A stretch of 64,000 nucleotides of DNA from Octopus sinensis (Eukaryota), in NCBI RefSeq assembly GCF_006345805.1, contig NC_042997.1:119226001-119290000 (forward strand), read 5' to 3'. Made by a program: the position numbers and the translations under genes. Each line of letters opens with the position of its first letter. The first letter of the stretch is position 1. Positions 50,956 through 64,000 of this stretch are shown here, one piece after another. The notes beneath the pieces are model-generated. The model was not told where the DNA came from, did not search any database, and saw nothing but the letters and a program-made list of their open reading frames with translations.

Positions 50956-53880
50956 AGCCCGTAACCATATAGCACGTCATGCATCTTGTCGATGACCACT
51001 AGGTCCGGTCAGTTATGCTCTAGCACCTGATCTGTTTAGATGGACAAATCTAACAGGATTTTGCTGGTTCCCCGACTCTGCCACTCTCTACGGTTTGTGC
51101 TTATGCTACGTATTGCCTCTCCCTAGTCCCCACTTTTCATACAGTTTCCAAAGTAGCGGTTTCGCTAACTCACCATGTCACCACAATTTGAAGCGGGCAA
51201 GTCTAGGGCTTTCGTCCCCGAGATTGGATAGTTTCCTCCACTCTATTACAGATGCAATGCAGTAGAGACATCCCCGCTTTAATGGTTGACCCTCTGATTC
51301 GTAGCCAAAGCTTGGGCAGATGGAATTGAGTGGGTAGTCCCTTGTTGCGTAATGCTTCATGTCCTTTTTGAACTTCTTTCTTTTGAACTTCTTCCTTTGT
51401 TTCTCCCTTTTTCTCTGATTTCAATACTCCCTCATTCCTAACTAACACTACCATGGTTTCGTTTCCTTGGGATAGGTAACTCATTAAGCTCCCAAGTTGG
51501 ATACGTACACAGTCTTCCATACTTAATAGTCCCATTTCTCCAATTTCACTCTTACTGTATATGGGATCAATGTCTGAACGTGGACGATTAGTTCCATGCT
51601 TCAGAAGGAGATTTCTTGCCTTCCTGTCCAACTCCTTTCCTCCCTTCTTTTTCCACTCCATGATTCCGGTGCCATAGTAAACTACTGCGACTGCATGCGT
51701 GTCATCCATATCTTCTGTAATAATTTACTTAAGGGGATCCTTCCGAACACAAAGATGAGTGGGGATACACCGTCTCCTGGAAGATTGCTCTCTTGATCTT
51801 CACCTCGCCTGATACCTGATATCCTGCTGTCAGTTCAGTTCTCCAATACTTCATACGATTCTAAATAAGACATCTTATTTTCCGCTACTCCATACATTTC
51901 CATAGTTTTTGTTTTCCAGGGATGTGGTATCATATTGTTTGCTTTACGATAGTCAATCCATTCCATGCTCGTGTTTGTGTGTCTTCTCTTGCAGTTTATG
52001 ACAATTAGATTATCAGTTAACCGCTGATCGTCGCTTCTCTAGCTTCTCTTTCGCCACTCTTTCTGTTTAACATGTAGCAGCCCACGTTACTCTAAGTATA
52101 CATGTAGTTCACCCGCTAGAGCACCTAGCAAGAGCTTATGCATTAGTGAAAGACACGCTATTGGTCGAAAGCTGGATGCAATATTACCCTTTTCGTGATC
52201 CTCAGCACATGCATTTCCCTTTCCCCTTCAGCTTAGTACTGCGCCTTCTTGCAAGCACTCATCTCGCTTTTTGCTATCCTTTCATGGATCCCTCTCAGGT
52301 TCTCCATCCTATAACTTTGGACTCCAATTTGTCTTCTGCTCTTCCAATTTGGGAGTTTCCTTAATTGTATTTTTATCATTTCTGTAATTATTTTTATGTT
52401 GTCTTGGCCTTCTATGTTTATTAACGTTTCTTGGACTCCATGGGGTCTAGCCCGCTTCATTATGATGCTTCACATGTTGGTCACAGATTCCTTCCCAGAA
52501 TGACATGCTTTCGTCTGAATCTGGTATCATTGTTACCTGAAACCGTTTTTTTTTTCTGGTTTGCTTCAAACACTCTGTTTTGCCTGAAGTGTCTTTTTCT
52601 ATTGTCATGTATTTCCACTTTTGCCTTCATTGCAGCTAATCTTTGTTTCAATTCTCCAAAATCACATTATACTCTTTATCTCTTATTCTTTATGTTCTCT
52701 CCGGTTATATTCTTTCCTTGTGCAATTTCTCTCTTTTCGATCTATCAACTTGTCTTAAATGCCTTTTTAACTTCGTTTGATTTTCACATATTCCTCAATG
52801 CCAGAACGGTTCTTTTTGGTCTCTTTGTTCCCATTGTTCTCTTCTGTTGTATCCAAATCTATCTGCAGCAACCATCGCTGCAGCCCAAATAATTGTTGTT
52901 AGTTTCAGTTATATTTCTCGTCTGAAGTAGTGAAAGGACAGAATCTATCCTTTCTATTTCAGTTTTGAGCTTGCGTCGATCAATCTAACTTAGATGAGGT
53001 GATGTTTGATCCTGGTCTTCTCTAATATATCGGCACATCATCCTCACTATGCCTTGATGATTACCTTTGTATTCTTGTGATATAGCTTCTCCAATTGTTT
53101 CTGCTTCATTTGCTGAGACTGTATTTGCATTTACACTTTATTCTACCTCTTCCCTGACGTCATTCATTTCTCAGTAGGCACGTTATTTGCTGGTGAAATA
53201 CTATCACTAGTTTCTATTTTCCTTTTAATATTTTCAACTACCATGTCCGTTATCTACACTTTTGTACTTATTGCTCAGCCAGGTCGGCTTACAGTTGCTC
53301 GGTTATCTTGAAAAGTCCGAATTCATTCCATTTTGCTTTCATGCGTTGTCGGAATCGCCTCGTACTGAATTCATTTCTGATACAGCATTCAATTACAATT
53401 TAATCTGCTTCCTTGTCTCATCTTTTTCTCTGCCTCTGACTCTGGTTATAAGCAGTCTCTGGATGACGAGTGTTCTCGCGTTGCTGGACCACAGGACACT
53501 TGCCGGGCGAAATGATTTCACCTTGGACTCCAGCTTCACTCACACCATTATTTGATTAGATTATATACACCATTATTTGTATTAGATATAAACACTCAAA
53601 ACTGAGGTTTGTGTTTTTAGGTTAGCCACAAAGCAGAATTTTTATCGAGATACCAACTCTAGCAAGACTGTCAACAAAGACTGGAGAGCCCTTGCTACAT
53701 TTGTGAGTGTTAGGGTCTATGTTAATCACTCTCACTAGAAGATCTGTGAATGTCGGTTAGTTCCGTATCCTCATCCAAACATTGCTTGGGCGGTAGGACA
53801 CAATTCGCGCTTCATTTGTCTTTATCCGAAACATGGAACCGTTGGACGCCGACACGTTGTCATCATTGTGATTAAGGAGT
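50956..53880 (-). mobile_element. decayed, internally deleted R4/Dong-type non-LTR element
   Basis: N-terminal VIEC..RM..WNEFG.F.ITEQ..AD. RT-thumb region ELDRKARNLL..RPRSDID..GLLSMEDCV. C-terminal KILLD..TD..LEHN.PDLVVIDK. Confidence 0.75.
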
Positions 53881-53917
53881 TCCATCTTCCCCAGTTTTTA
53901 AATCAGAAAAAATCCCT

Positions 53918-54172
<255 letters not shown>

Positions 54173-54533
54173 TAGTACAATATAAATTACGATGAGAAGT
54201 TATATGAAAATCCTTGCAGACACAGACAACAATAACTTGCAATTTCAATAGTGAATCCAAGTAAATTATGAATAAGACCTTTCCTTACCACTTAAAGAGT
54301 ACACGTTATAAAAATTCCATTCAGTAATTTAATATTCAAAATGATTTATTGAAATTGTACACATATTCCAGTAGTGAATTTATAAACTCATATAATAAAA
54401 GCCCATAATTTCTTCTGCAAATGCTATTGTTGAAGAGATGATAAGGGTTTACATTTATGAACATGTAATAAGTCCATTACTGACATATGCATATGTCCAA
54501 GCCTAATTTGAGTAAATAGTTTTAAGTAGTATA

Positions 54534-54572
<39 letters not shown>

Positions 54573-54921
54573 GCAATTTCAGCGTGGAAGGTATTAATTA
54601 TCAATTTATAAAAAAAACGTTAGATTCACTTCAACGTTTAAATTTAATTTGCCAAAATATCCTCGTCGCTTTGAGACCGCGACCTCGTCCCTGACAAAAT
54701 ACCGTGCTGACAAAATTATATGTATATATAATTATGATTATGGTTATCTAAGAGATATCACCATGCTTGAGATAGCAGTCAAAGCTTGAATCTAAAACAC
54801 TTTATATATTCCGCGGAGGTAGTTTGACTATATAGCACCTGGAGGTTAGACGGGCAGTTAAACCGGCCGTCTATATACGTACATATATCTGTATGTATAC
54901 TTGCGTATATATAAGTATCCG

Positions 54922-54984
<63 letters not shown>

Positions 54985-55026
54985 ATATACATACATATAT
55001 ATTTGTAATTATGTACTATCTGTGTA

Positions 55027-55086
55027 TATCTCACTGACGAGGCAGAGCATATTTTGATAGAAAGCCAGAAATCCGGATCTGAGATA
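55027..55086 (+). ncRNA. type I hammerhead ribozyme, near-canonical
   Basis: tatctca CTGACGA ggc..gcc a GAAA tccgga TC tgagata. 7-bp helix I, TCCGGA palindrome, AUC triplet, one extra A before GAAA. Confidence 0.75.
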
Positions 55087-55089
55087 ATC

Positions 55090-56300
55090 CCTAAAGCGGA
55101 CTCATGCATTCTACGGGCCGCTGTTATACTATTCTTTTAGGGCGCTTGCACTATGTCGAGTATGGAACTGACATTGCACATCCAGCGTATCATGCTAGCT
55201 TCATTTCTTTCAAGCTTACGCATGTCCTCAGCAGCCATAGCGTATGTTTGACTGCCGTGTAGCATGGTAGTTCGCACACATGCATCGTACATTTTACATT
55301 TCATTCAGAGCGAGAGGCCCTTAGTTGCCAGCAGAAGTAGGAGCTCCCTGAACCTTGTCCAAGCTATTCGTTTTCTAGGCGCTACACTCACAGAGCAACC
55401 ACCCCAACTACAGACTTAGTGGTCTAGCTAGCGGTAGCTATTAGCTACTTTCTCCCCCTGACATGTGATGGAATCTGTTTTCGGTACATCTTCAGTGTTT
55501 ACATCCCCTGTGGATCTGCCACACAAAAACTATCTTCCCGGTTAACGTTCCTTGGAAATTGCTGCACCTTTTATGTGTCTATAGCTTACACCGGGTACAT
55601 CGTATGGATTTTCTACCGACGCCTTTTTCTACAGATCGACCAGGACCTTCTACCTGAAGGAGTTTTTGACTTGTCAGCCTTCCTAATTAAGAAGACTTTG
55701 GTTTTTGCTAGGTTAACCCTAAGGCCATGCGATCGTACCCTTGCTTTCTCACCCTAAACTTCGTCTCTAGTTCTGGCAGTTACTCGGATTTTAGATCAAG
55801 GTCATCAGCATAGAGGAGCTACCAGGGATAGCTTGTCTTTGATTCCTCTGTTATTGCCTGGAAGACTATGATGAATAAGAGGAGACAGAAGACAGAAAAT
55901 CATTGGTGAACCCCTACTTCTACCCAGAATTCTTCATTATACTCGTTGCCAACTCTTCTCTTACTGAGAGAACCTCTGTACAGGGCTTGTACAGCTCTTA
56001 TCAACCACTCATCTAACCCTAGCTTCCGCATTGACCACCAAATAAGGGATCGGGGTCCCTTTTAAAGGCTTTCTCCTAGTGAACAAAAGCCAAGTACAGA
56101 GGTTTATATTTCGCTAGATATTTCTCCTGCAATTGCTTTACCAGAAATATAGCATAAGTGGAGTTTCTGTCTGGCACAAAACCAAACGGAATCTTATCTA
56201 GGCTCACTCCCTCCCTAACTAGTTGGGCTATGACTCTCTCTGTATCTTTCATCGCCTGATCCAATAATTTGATACCCCTGTAGTTATTTCTATCTAAAGG
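55090..56300 (-). mobile_element. decayed RTE-clade LINE fragment
   Basis: ERVIAQLVRE..FGFVP..AIFLVKQLQEKYLAK..LYLAFV; LYADDL at about 55800; MLHGSQT..AEDMRKLERNEASMIRWMCNV. Confidence 0.8.
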
Positions 56301-56982
56301 ATCTCCTTTACCTTTACATATATATTATTCATATATATATGTCTGCGTGTGTTTGTGTGCATGTACATGCAGGTATGCATCTGTGTCCTTGAATAGTTTT
56401 CGTCCAATTTTTTTTCATGTTAGAGATCCTTTATATTAAGAGCATTAATTCTTTGTGTTCACGTTTGCAGGAGCTTTATGAAAACTGATTTCAATAAATC
56501 GACTTTTCATCATATCATTTCGGTATCCATACGCTCCGATACTGCACATACATGCATTATAATAATGCATGTGCATAGATATCCATTATGCAATCTCCAT
56601 ACGTATTCACATGATCCTCTTGTCGCATATGTACGTGTATATAATCATGCTGACATAGAGTGGGCGACAACAACCGGATTTATATTGAGGATTATAGGAT
56701 AACTTCTGCATGATTTTCAACATGGACGAATGCAATTTAGTCGTCAAAATAAGATTAAGTTCGCAGTTATATAATATTTTTGCATTGATTAAAAATGAAA
56801 GAATAAAATAGCTACATTTTGAGGTGTGTATCTTCACTTCAAAATTATTTTGTACGTTCAATAACATTTTTTTTTTCGAAAATAGCTAATCATCTAAAAT
56901 AAAAAGTAAAATCCATTAAACCTGAATATTTATGTCTGAAAAGTTTTCTTTCTTTCACTTTCAAACGCACCTTCATTATTAT

Positions 56983-57110
<128 letters not shown>

Positions 57111-57230
57111 TATATATATGTATGTATATATATATATTTCCATACATGAATACTCACATGCATACATACATATATATGTAGGCAGGTACACACAAACATA
57201 CGCATACAACATATTCATATATATATATAT

Positions 57231-57263
<33 letters not shown>

Positions 57264-57419
57264 ATATATATATATATATATAGATATATATGTATATATA
57301 ATTATACAATCATGTAAATAAAGGTTATTTATATAAGCTTGAAGCTTACAGCGATCACATTGCAATGACTAAGGAAAATAGTCTAATAAAGGGGCATATA
57401 AGCCCTGGACAAAAAAGAA

Positions 57420-58279
57420 GGCTTTCCTAACCGCGTGGGACTCGAACCCACATCCCTTTGTTAACGCGACTAAGTGTGTTATACACCTCACCATATATAT
57501 GTATAAAATACAAGAAAGCAAAACATCCCGACAGTTAAGTGATACAAATATGGGACAACAAAACATCCAGATAGACGATATAAAATAAACAAGGACGGGT
57601 TATTTGAAGTTTTCTTTCCTCAGTCAGGTACCAGATTATCTTCGCAATTTCGTCTGAGTATACTTGAGATTGCTCCAATCTGGTCATACCCAAGGGAAAA
57701 CTAAGCTAAGAGCATTAGATTCCTTGAAAGAAAGCAGCGAAGGTATACAAAAACAAGGACCAAAAAAGGGACAATGTTACACAAATACAATAAAATAATA
57801 ACAGGACATTACAACGGGTGTCTTTCGACTAAGGACGAATTAAACTAAGCTTTCGCGTGTGGAAATGATGCCTTACGGCAGGGATACAATTTTTAACAAA
57901 GACAGGGAGGAATATCGATGTTGCACGGACAACAGGCAGACCAAGAAAGAAAGAACAGGCTTGGCCGAACGCCCGTCACGTGGCAAGAGAAGAGAGAGAA
58001 GTAGAAGCAGAGGGACAGAAGAATTAAGTAGGGGCTAAAAAATGACAGGGACACAGTGAAGTGAAAAGTGGAGGGAAAGTGAGCAAGAAGAGAAGGCAAA
58101 GAAATGTGAGAGAGGGGAAACGAAAGAACGAAGAGTGGAATGAACGAATAAGCGTGAAAAGGCTGGTCCATCTGCTTCTACTTCTCTCTCTTCTCTTCCC
58201 ACGTGACCGGCGTTCGGCGAAGCCTGTTCTTTCTTTTTTTGGTCTGACCGTGTCCGTGCGACATTGATATTCCTCCCTG
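57420..58279 (-). mobile_element. Penelope-like terminal repeat with 110-bp inverted repeat and adjacent tRNA-like head
   Basis: Arms 57903-58013 / 58168-58279. Decayed CTGAGGA aag aaaa ctt caaa motif at 57600-57623. B-box ggttcgagtccc at about 57440. Confidence 0.45.
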
Positions 58280-58821
58280 CGTTCGTGAAACCTTGTTTCT
58301 CATTGTTTTGACTTATCAATGCCGTATACCGAACAGGGTCCCCTGACAGCTATATCGCCGACTATCTGTATATGCTAATTGATTTAGACACCATCTGTTA
58401 GCATGTCCCAACGATTCATACCACGGACAAAATTCAATTATAAAATTCAATTATGAATTGATATTCGTGGGTCGGCTGCGGTTTGTAAGAGTGAGAGAAA
58501 ATTTTCCCTATGTACCTGGTGTAAAAAAAAAGAAGAACACCTGAAAGTAAGTTACTGGCAAGCGAGGTGATTCACAAAAGAGCCTGACTCTGACACAAAT
58601 GGAAATATTTAGGCAGATGATGTCTTTGATACGGATCTATATAAGTTCATAACAATATTAACACATTCCTACAGTATTTCAATGTGGGAAAATAGGGTAG
58701 CGACTCAGCTGCCAGGATGCTTCGCGATTTACCGGTCGCTCCCCGGAGATATCTCACAGAATCTTGTACGATAATCGAATAGCATAGAGCGTTCACCTCT
58801 AATTCATAATCCATATATCTA

Positions 58822-58852
<31 letters not shown>

Positions 58853-58974
58853 ATGTATATATGCCACCTACACGTTTTTTAAATATATATACACATATAT
58901 ACATATACACATATATACATATATACATACACACACATATACATACACACACATATACATACACACACACATAC

Positions 58975-59005
<31 letters not shown>

Positions 59006-59059
59006 TATACATGCATACATACATACATGCATACATACATACATACATACATACATACA

Positions 59060-59095
<36 letters not shown>

Positions 59096-59571
59096 CATAT
59101 ATATATTTATATATGATATAAGTATATTAGAAAGGAAATACGCTGCTAAGGGCATGAATGGCTTAATTTATGTATCTAGGCTTTTTTTCAGCGCCGAATT
59201 TATTCAAGACCCTTTATATTTTTACGTATAATTCAGCGTGAATCAGAGGTATTGAAACCCAAGTTAAATATTAAGTAAGCCATTCCCTGTAATAAGGAAC
59301 TAGATAAAAATGAAAGCACATTGCGTCCAAGCTTTACTATCTTACCTTTTTATACTGTCGAATATTGCTTTAGATGGAAGACTTTGGCATCAACTGAATT
59401 TGATATGAAATGCATAGAAGGAAAATGGCTGAATTCTTATATAATATTTTATCAAAACTAATGGATTTCACTCTCTACTTGTGTGTTTGTGTATCTTTCT
59501 TTATACATATATATATACACACACGCTCATACTTACAAACATGCACACACACACTCACATATATGTATACG

Positions 59572-59720
59572 AATGGCTTCTTTCATGTTTCTGTCTACCA
59601 AATCCACTCACAGGACTTTGGTTTGCCCAAGGCTATAGTACAAAACATTTACCGAAGTAATAGTTTTGAACCCAGAACCGTGTGGTTGGGAAGAAGGAAG
59701 TTCCTTACCACACACCCAAT
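59572..59720 (-). mobile_element. decayed SINE family 3, 5' part
   Basis: ggcttctttc..ctaccaaatccactcacagg matches the family core. Confidence 0.75.
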
Positions 59721-59735
59721 GATACATATATATAT

Positions 59736-61171
59736 ATGGAACGAATAGTCAGAAGGAAACTAATCACCTTCCTTGAAGAAAATGACTTGCTGCCTGACAC
59801 CCAATATGGTTTCCGACCAGGAAGAAGCTGCTTAACTCAGCTCCTACAACACTATGACCGGGTGCTGAAACAACTGCTCAACCACTCAAATGTGGAAGTC
59901 ATATATCTCAACTTTGCAAAGGCCTTTGATAAAGTCGATCATGGAATGATATGTCACAAACTGCGTGATCTTGGCATAGTTGGAAAATTGGGAGAATGGC
60001 TTCATGACTTTCTGAAGAATAGAAGTCAGGTGGTAGCAGCCAATGAGGCCACTTCCATTAACACGCAAATAATGAGCGGTGTTCCGCAGGGCACTGTTTT
60101 GGGACCACTACTGTTCATAATGGCCCTCTCAGACATGCCCTCAGCCACGCAGAGATCCACGATCACAAGTTATGCAGATGATACAAAAGTTTCACAGGCA
60201 ATACAGAACCCTGAGGACACTAAGCACCTGCAATGTGAGCTGGACGAAATATACAAGTGGGCTGAAAAGAATAGCATGCAGTTCAATGCTGAAAAGTTTC
60301 AAGTTTTATACTATCAGCATGCAAAACTGAAAGCAATACCCAATGAATACACTGGACCCGGAGGGATTGCAATCCCAGAGGCACAATCAGTGCGTGACCT
60401 GGGTATTCACATGAGTGATGACGCGACCTTTCATGTACATGTTGCTAAACTGGCAATGAAATGTAGACGGCTGGCTGGCTGGATTATTAGAACCTTTAGA
60501 ACAAGAGAACAAGAAACCATGATGGTCCTCTGGAAGACACTTGTCCTAAGCCACTTTGACTATTGCTCTCAGCTATGGTCACCATCCAGTGTCAAGTTGA
60601 TCACAGAACTTGAGGCGATCCAACGAAGCTACACGAAGAAAATAGCCTCTGTGCAGCATATGAGCTACTGAGAAAGACTCAAGAGATTAAAGCTCTATTC
60701 CCTGGAGCGTAGGCGAGAAAGATATGCCATAATATATATCTGGAAGATCCTGGAAGGACTTGTCCCAGACTTTGGCATCGAGAGTCACACAAATGCCAGA
60801 ACCGGACGCCACTTCGTAGTACCAAGGACTCCAAATTTGCCATCAAGATGTAGGACAAGATATTGTGATAGCCTGGGCTTCAGAGGCCCACAGCTCTTCA
60901 ATATCCTCCCGAAGAACCTGAGGGACCTGCACGGTGTAGATGCGGATGTCTTTAAAGTAGGACTGGATCTCTTCCTGTCAGGTGTCCCGGATGAACCAAC
61001 TTCACGGCAGGAGGTGCAGATGAGGGCAGCTGCATCGAACTCCCTCATGCATCAGATGGCGTTTGCTAAAAAGCATCCGTGAGGTAAAATCGTGTAGCAA
61101 ACCAAATGGCGGTGCCCCAGCATGGCCACAGCTCATTAAGTGAAAATGGAAAAATCAAAATCAAAATCAAA
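59736..61171 (+). mobile_element. 5'-truncated CR1-group LINE, family B
   Basis: One frame from ERIVRRKL through QYGFRPGRSC, PQGTVLGPLLF, YADD to SNSLMHQM, with a single TGA at 60669-60671 (SY*ERL). Tail ggcggtgccccagcatggcc + (aaaatc)n. TA tracts on both sides. Confidence 0.95.
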
Positions 61172-61520
<349 letters not shown>

Positions 61521-63459
61521 ATGCGTGCAAGAATCTTCCCAGCAGTTGCCAATAAGGAAATACCCCGGTAATTTCCACATTCAGAACGATCGCCCTTTCG
61601 TTTGTAAATGTTAATGATGTTTGCATCCCTGAAGTCGGATGGTACAACTTCATTTGTCCAGATTTTGACCAAGAGTTGGTGGAGCTGGTGTTGGACAAGA
61701 TCACCTCCCAGTGTGTAGATCTCAGCTGGGATTCCGTCCGGACCCGCGGCTTTGTTGTTCTTCATCGCTGTGATAGCAATTTTTGCCTCTTCGAGGGATG
61801 GAATTTGAGCGAGAGAGTAATCTTTGGCCTCTTTAGGGATCATATCAAGTATGCTTTTGTCGATGGTAGCTTTGTGATTGAGGAGGTCATCGAAGTGTTC
61901 TCTTCATCTGTCTCCTATTTCGGTGTTGCTTTTCAGGGGAAGATTCTTGCACGCATCCTGAACAACCGTCTCAGAACGCTGTCTGAGACTCAGAACGGCT
62001 TTAGGCCATCACGAAGCACAACCGACATGATCTTCACGCTGCGACAGCCACAAGAAAAATGTCGTGAGCAACACCAACCGCTCTACTTGGCCTTTATCGA
62101 CCTATCCAAAGCCTTTGATCGTGTCTCGCGAGAGCTCCTCTGGGATATTCTCGCCCAGGATGGATGCCCAGATAAGTTCATCCGGATCCTCAAACTCCTC
62201 CACGACAATATGCACGCCAGAGTCCAGACCGACGGAGGCAGTTCTGAGCCCTTTAAAGTCACCTCCGGAGTGAAGCAAGGCTGCGTGATAGCGCCAACTC
62301 TCTTTACCATCTTTATCGCGACAGTGTTGCACATCATACGAGATGACCTTCCACCTGGCATCGAGATCTCGTACAGAATGGACGGCAAGCTTTTCAACCT
62401 CGCTCGCCTCAAAAGTACGTCAAAGACAATGGTGCGAAGCTTGCTAGATTTCCAATATGCCGACGACAGTAGTGTAGCAGCTCACAGAGAGGATCACCGC
62501 CAACAGATCCTAAATGCTTTTCATCATGCATATACTAAACTTGGACTGAGAATCAACATCAAGAAGACTCGCTTACTCTACAAACCTCCCCCCAATGCCC
62601 TTGTTGACGACCCGCCATCGATTCAACTCGAAGGAAATCCACTGGAAAATGTGAACCACTTCTGCTACCTTGGGAGCCATCTGTCAGCAAAGGTAGACCT
62701 CAGCGATGAAATCCAACACCGTCTGAAGTGTGCAGGAACAGCTTTCGCCAAGCTTCGAACAAGAGTTTTTGCTGATCGGGACATCCGAACCGAAACCAAA
62801 CTCATGGTGTACAGGGCAGTCATTATTCCAACCCTCCTTTACGCATCCGAAACCTGGACCCCGTATAGTCACCACTTGAAAACGCTCGAGAAATTTCACC
62901 AACGCTGTCTTCGGAAGATCCTCAACATCAGCTGGGAAGACAGAAGAACTAACGTCAGCGTGTTACAAGAAGCAAAAATGACCAGCATCAAAGTCTATGT
63001 CATCAAAGGCCAACTAAGATGGAGCGGCCACGTGGTTAGAATGACTGACGAACGACTTCCCAAACAGATCTTCTACTCCCAACTCAAAGACGGCAAGCGT
63101 ACAAAAGGAGGCCAGATGAAACGCTACAAGGACTCCCTGAAATCGAACCTCAAAAAGTGTGACATTGACTTCACCAACTGGGAGGAAACGGCAAAAAACA
63201 GACCACTCTGGAAAACCACCATCCATGAGGGAACGGCGAAATTCGAGTCGAAAAGGTCTGCAGAGCTGGAGGAGAAAAGACGACGACGGAAGGAGCGCCA
63301 CCAACAACCACGTGCGACTCTCCCTTCCGGCACTAGATGTCCGCACTGTGACCGATCTTTTCGAGCAAGAATTGGTCTTATCAGTCACCTGCGGACTCAC
63401 CAATAAATTTGCGCGAAGACCATCATCCTCGACCTTGAGGGATTGCCATAGTAGTTGTA

Positions 63460-63460
<1 letters not shown>
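61521..63460 (+). mobile_element. 5'-inverted RTE-clade LINE
   Basis: Minus 61521-61936: [28 protein letters not shown]. Plus 61937-63406: [57 protein letters not shown]. Short 3' UTR with tag-type tail. Confidence 0.96.
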
Positions 63461-63532
<72 letters not shown>

Positions 63533-63679
63533 CATATGAAATTATATACCTTAATATACATACGTAGATGCATCGGTGTATATTTATAGTTATGTACGTA
63601 TATAAACATATTGCATATGAATGCACATGTGTGTGCGTGTGTGTGAGTGTGAGTGTGTGTATGTCCCAAGTATCAATTT

Positions 63680-64000
63680 GTTACCTTTTCCCAGTCATGA
63701 GACTGCAGTTATTATGGGGCTCTGCTGGGAAAGTTCTAATCGAAAAAATCGACCCTGGTACGTATTATTTTACACCTGGTTCTTATTCTAACGGTGTCTT
63801 TTTGCCGACTCGCTAAGTTACGAGGACCTAAGATACCTACACCGTTTCTCAAGCCATGGAGGATGTTAAGTTCAAACACACATGCACACACGCACAAAGG
63901 TACGTGCATACAGACACACACACGCACACTCCTATAACTGGCTTCTTTCCTTTTTCGTCTTCCCAATGCTAACAAGGCTGTGGTCGTCCTGGGGCTATAG
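63680..64000 (-). mobile_element. decayed SINE family 3, cut by the window edge
   Basis: Tail and core segments resemble 38800-39126. Confidence 0.7.

Noticed and set aside
53700-53860. Possible HDV-like ribozyme at the 5' end of the R4/Dong element (GGTTCC..GGAACT)
   Set aside because: I could not build the nested double pseudoknot by eye. An HDV-like descriptor search would decide.
61676-61936. N-terminal 87 aa of the 576-aa ORF
   Set aside because: It is the antisense reading of the inverted RTE segment, not a novel domain.

Overview
AT-rich eukaryotic DNA dense in microsatellites ((TA)n, (TATC)n, (CA)n, (TAC/TAA)n, (CAT)n), with no confidently recognisable host gene. The SINE families and repeat landscape resemble an octopus/cephalopod genome (inferred from remembered repeat families, not a search). 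Nearly all interpretable sequence is retroelement-derived. It includes one full-length CR1-group LINE (40465-45230) with an unusual Myb/SANT-polyQ-2xCCCH ORF1, 5'-truncated CR1-group, RTE, Tx1/L1-clade and R4/Dong-type LINEs, a Penelope-like element (RT + GIY-YIG), four tRNA-derived SINE families, non-autonomous Helitrons, and hAT/Tigger-like remnants. Most ORF-track entries are microsatellite artefacts. Main unannotated signals: (1) at least 9 well-formed and about 5 decayed type I hammerhead ribozyme motifs, with family-specific palindromic helix III; one lies in a 586-nt terminally redundant, retrozyme-like unit. (2) Repeated fold-back or inverted 5' ends on Penelope-like and RTE insertions. 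(3) A Tx1-like family whose three copies end at (TATC)n and whose 3' tail is shared with a SINE. All folds and alignments were done by eye; coordinates of degenerate elements are approximate.
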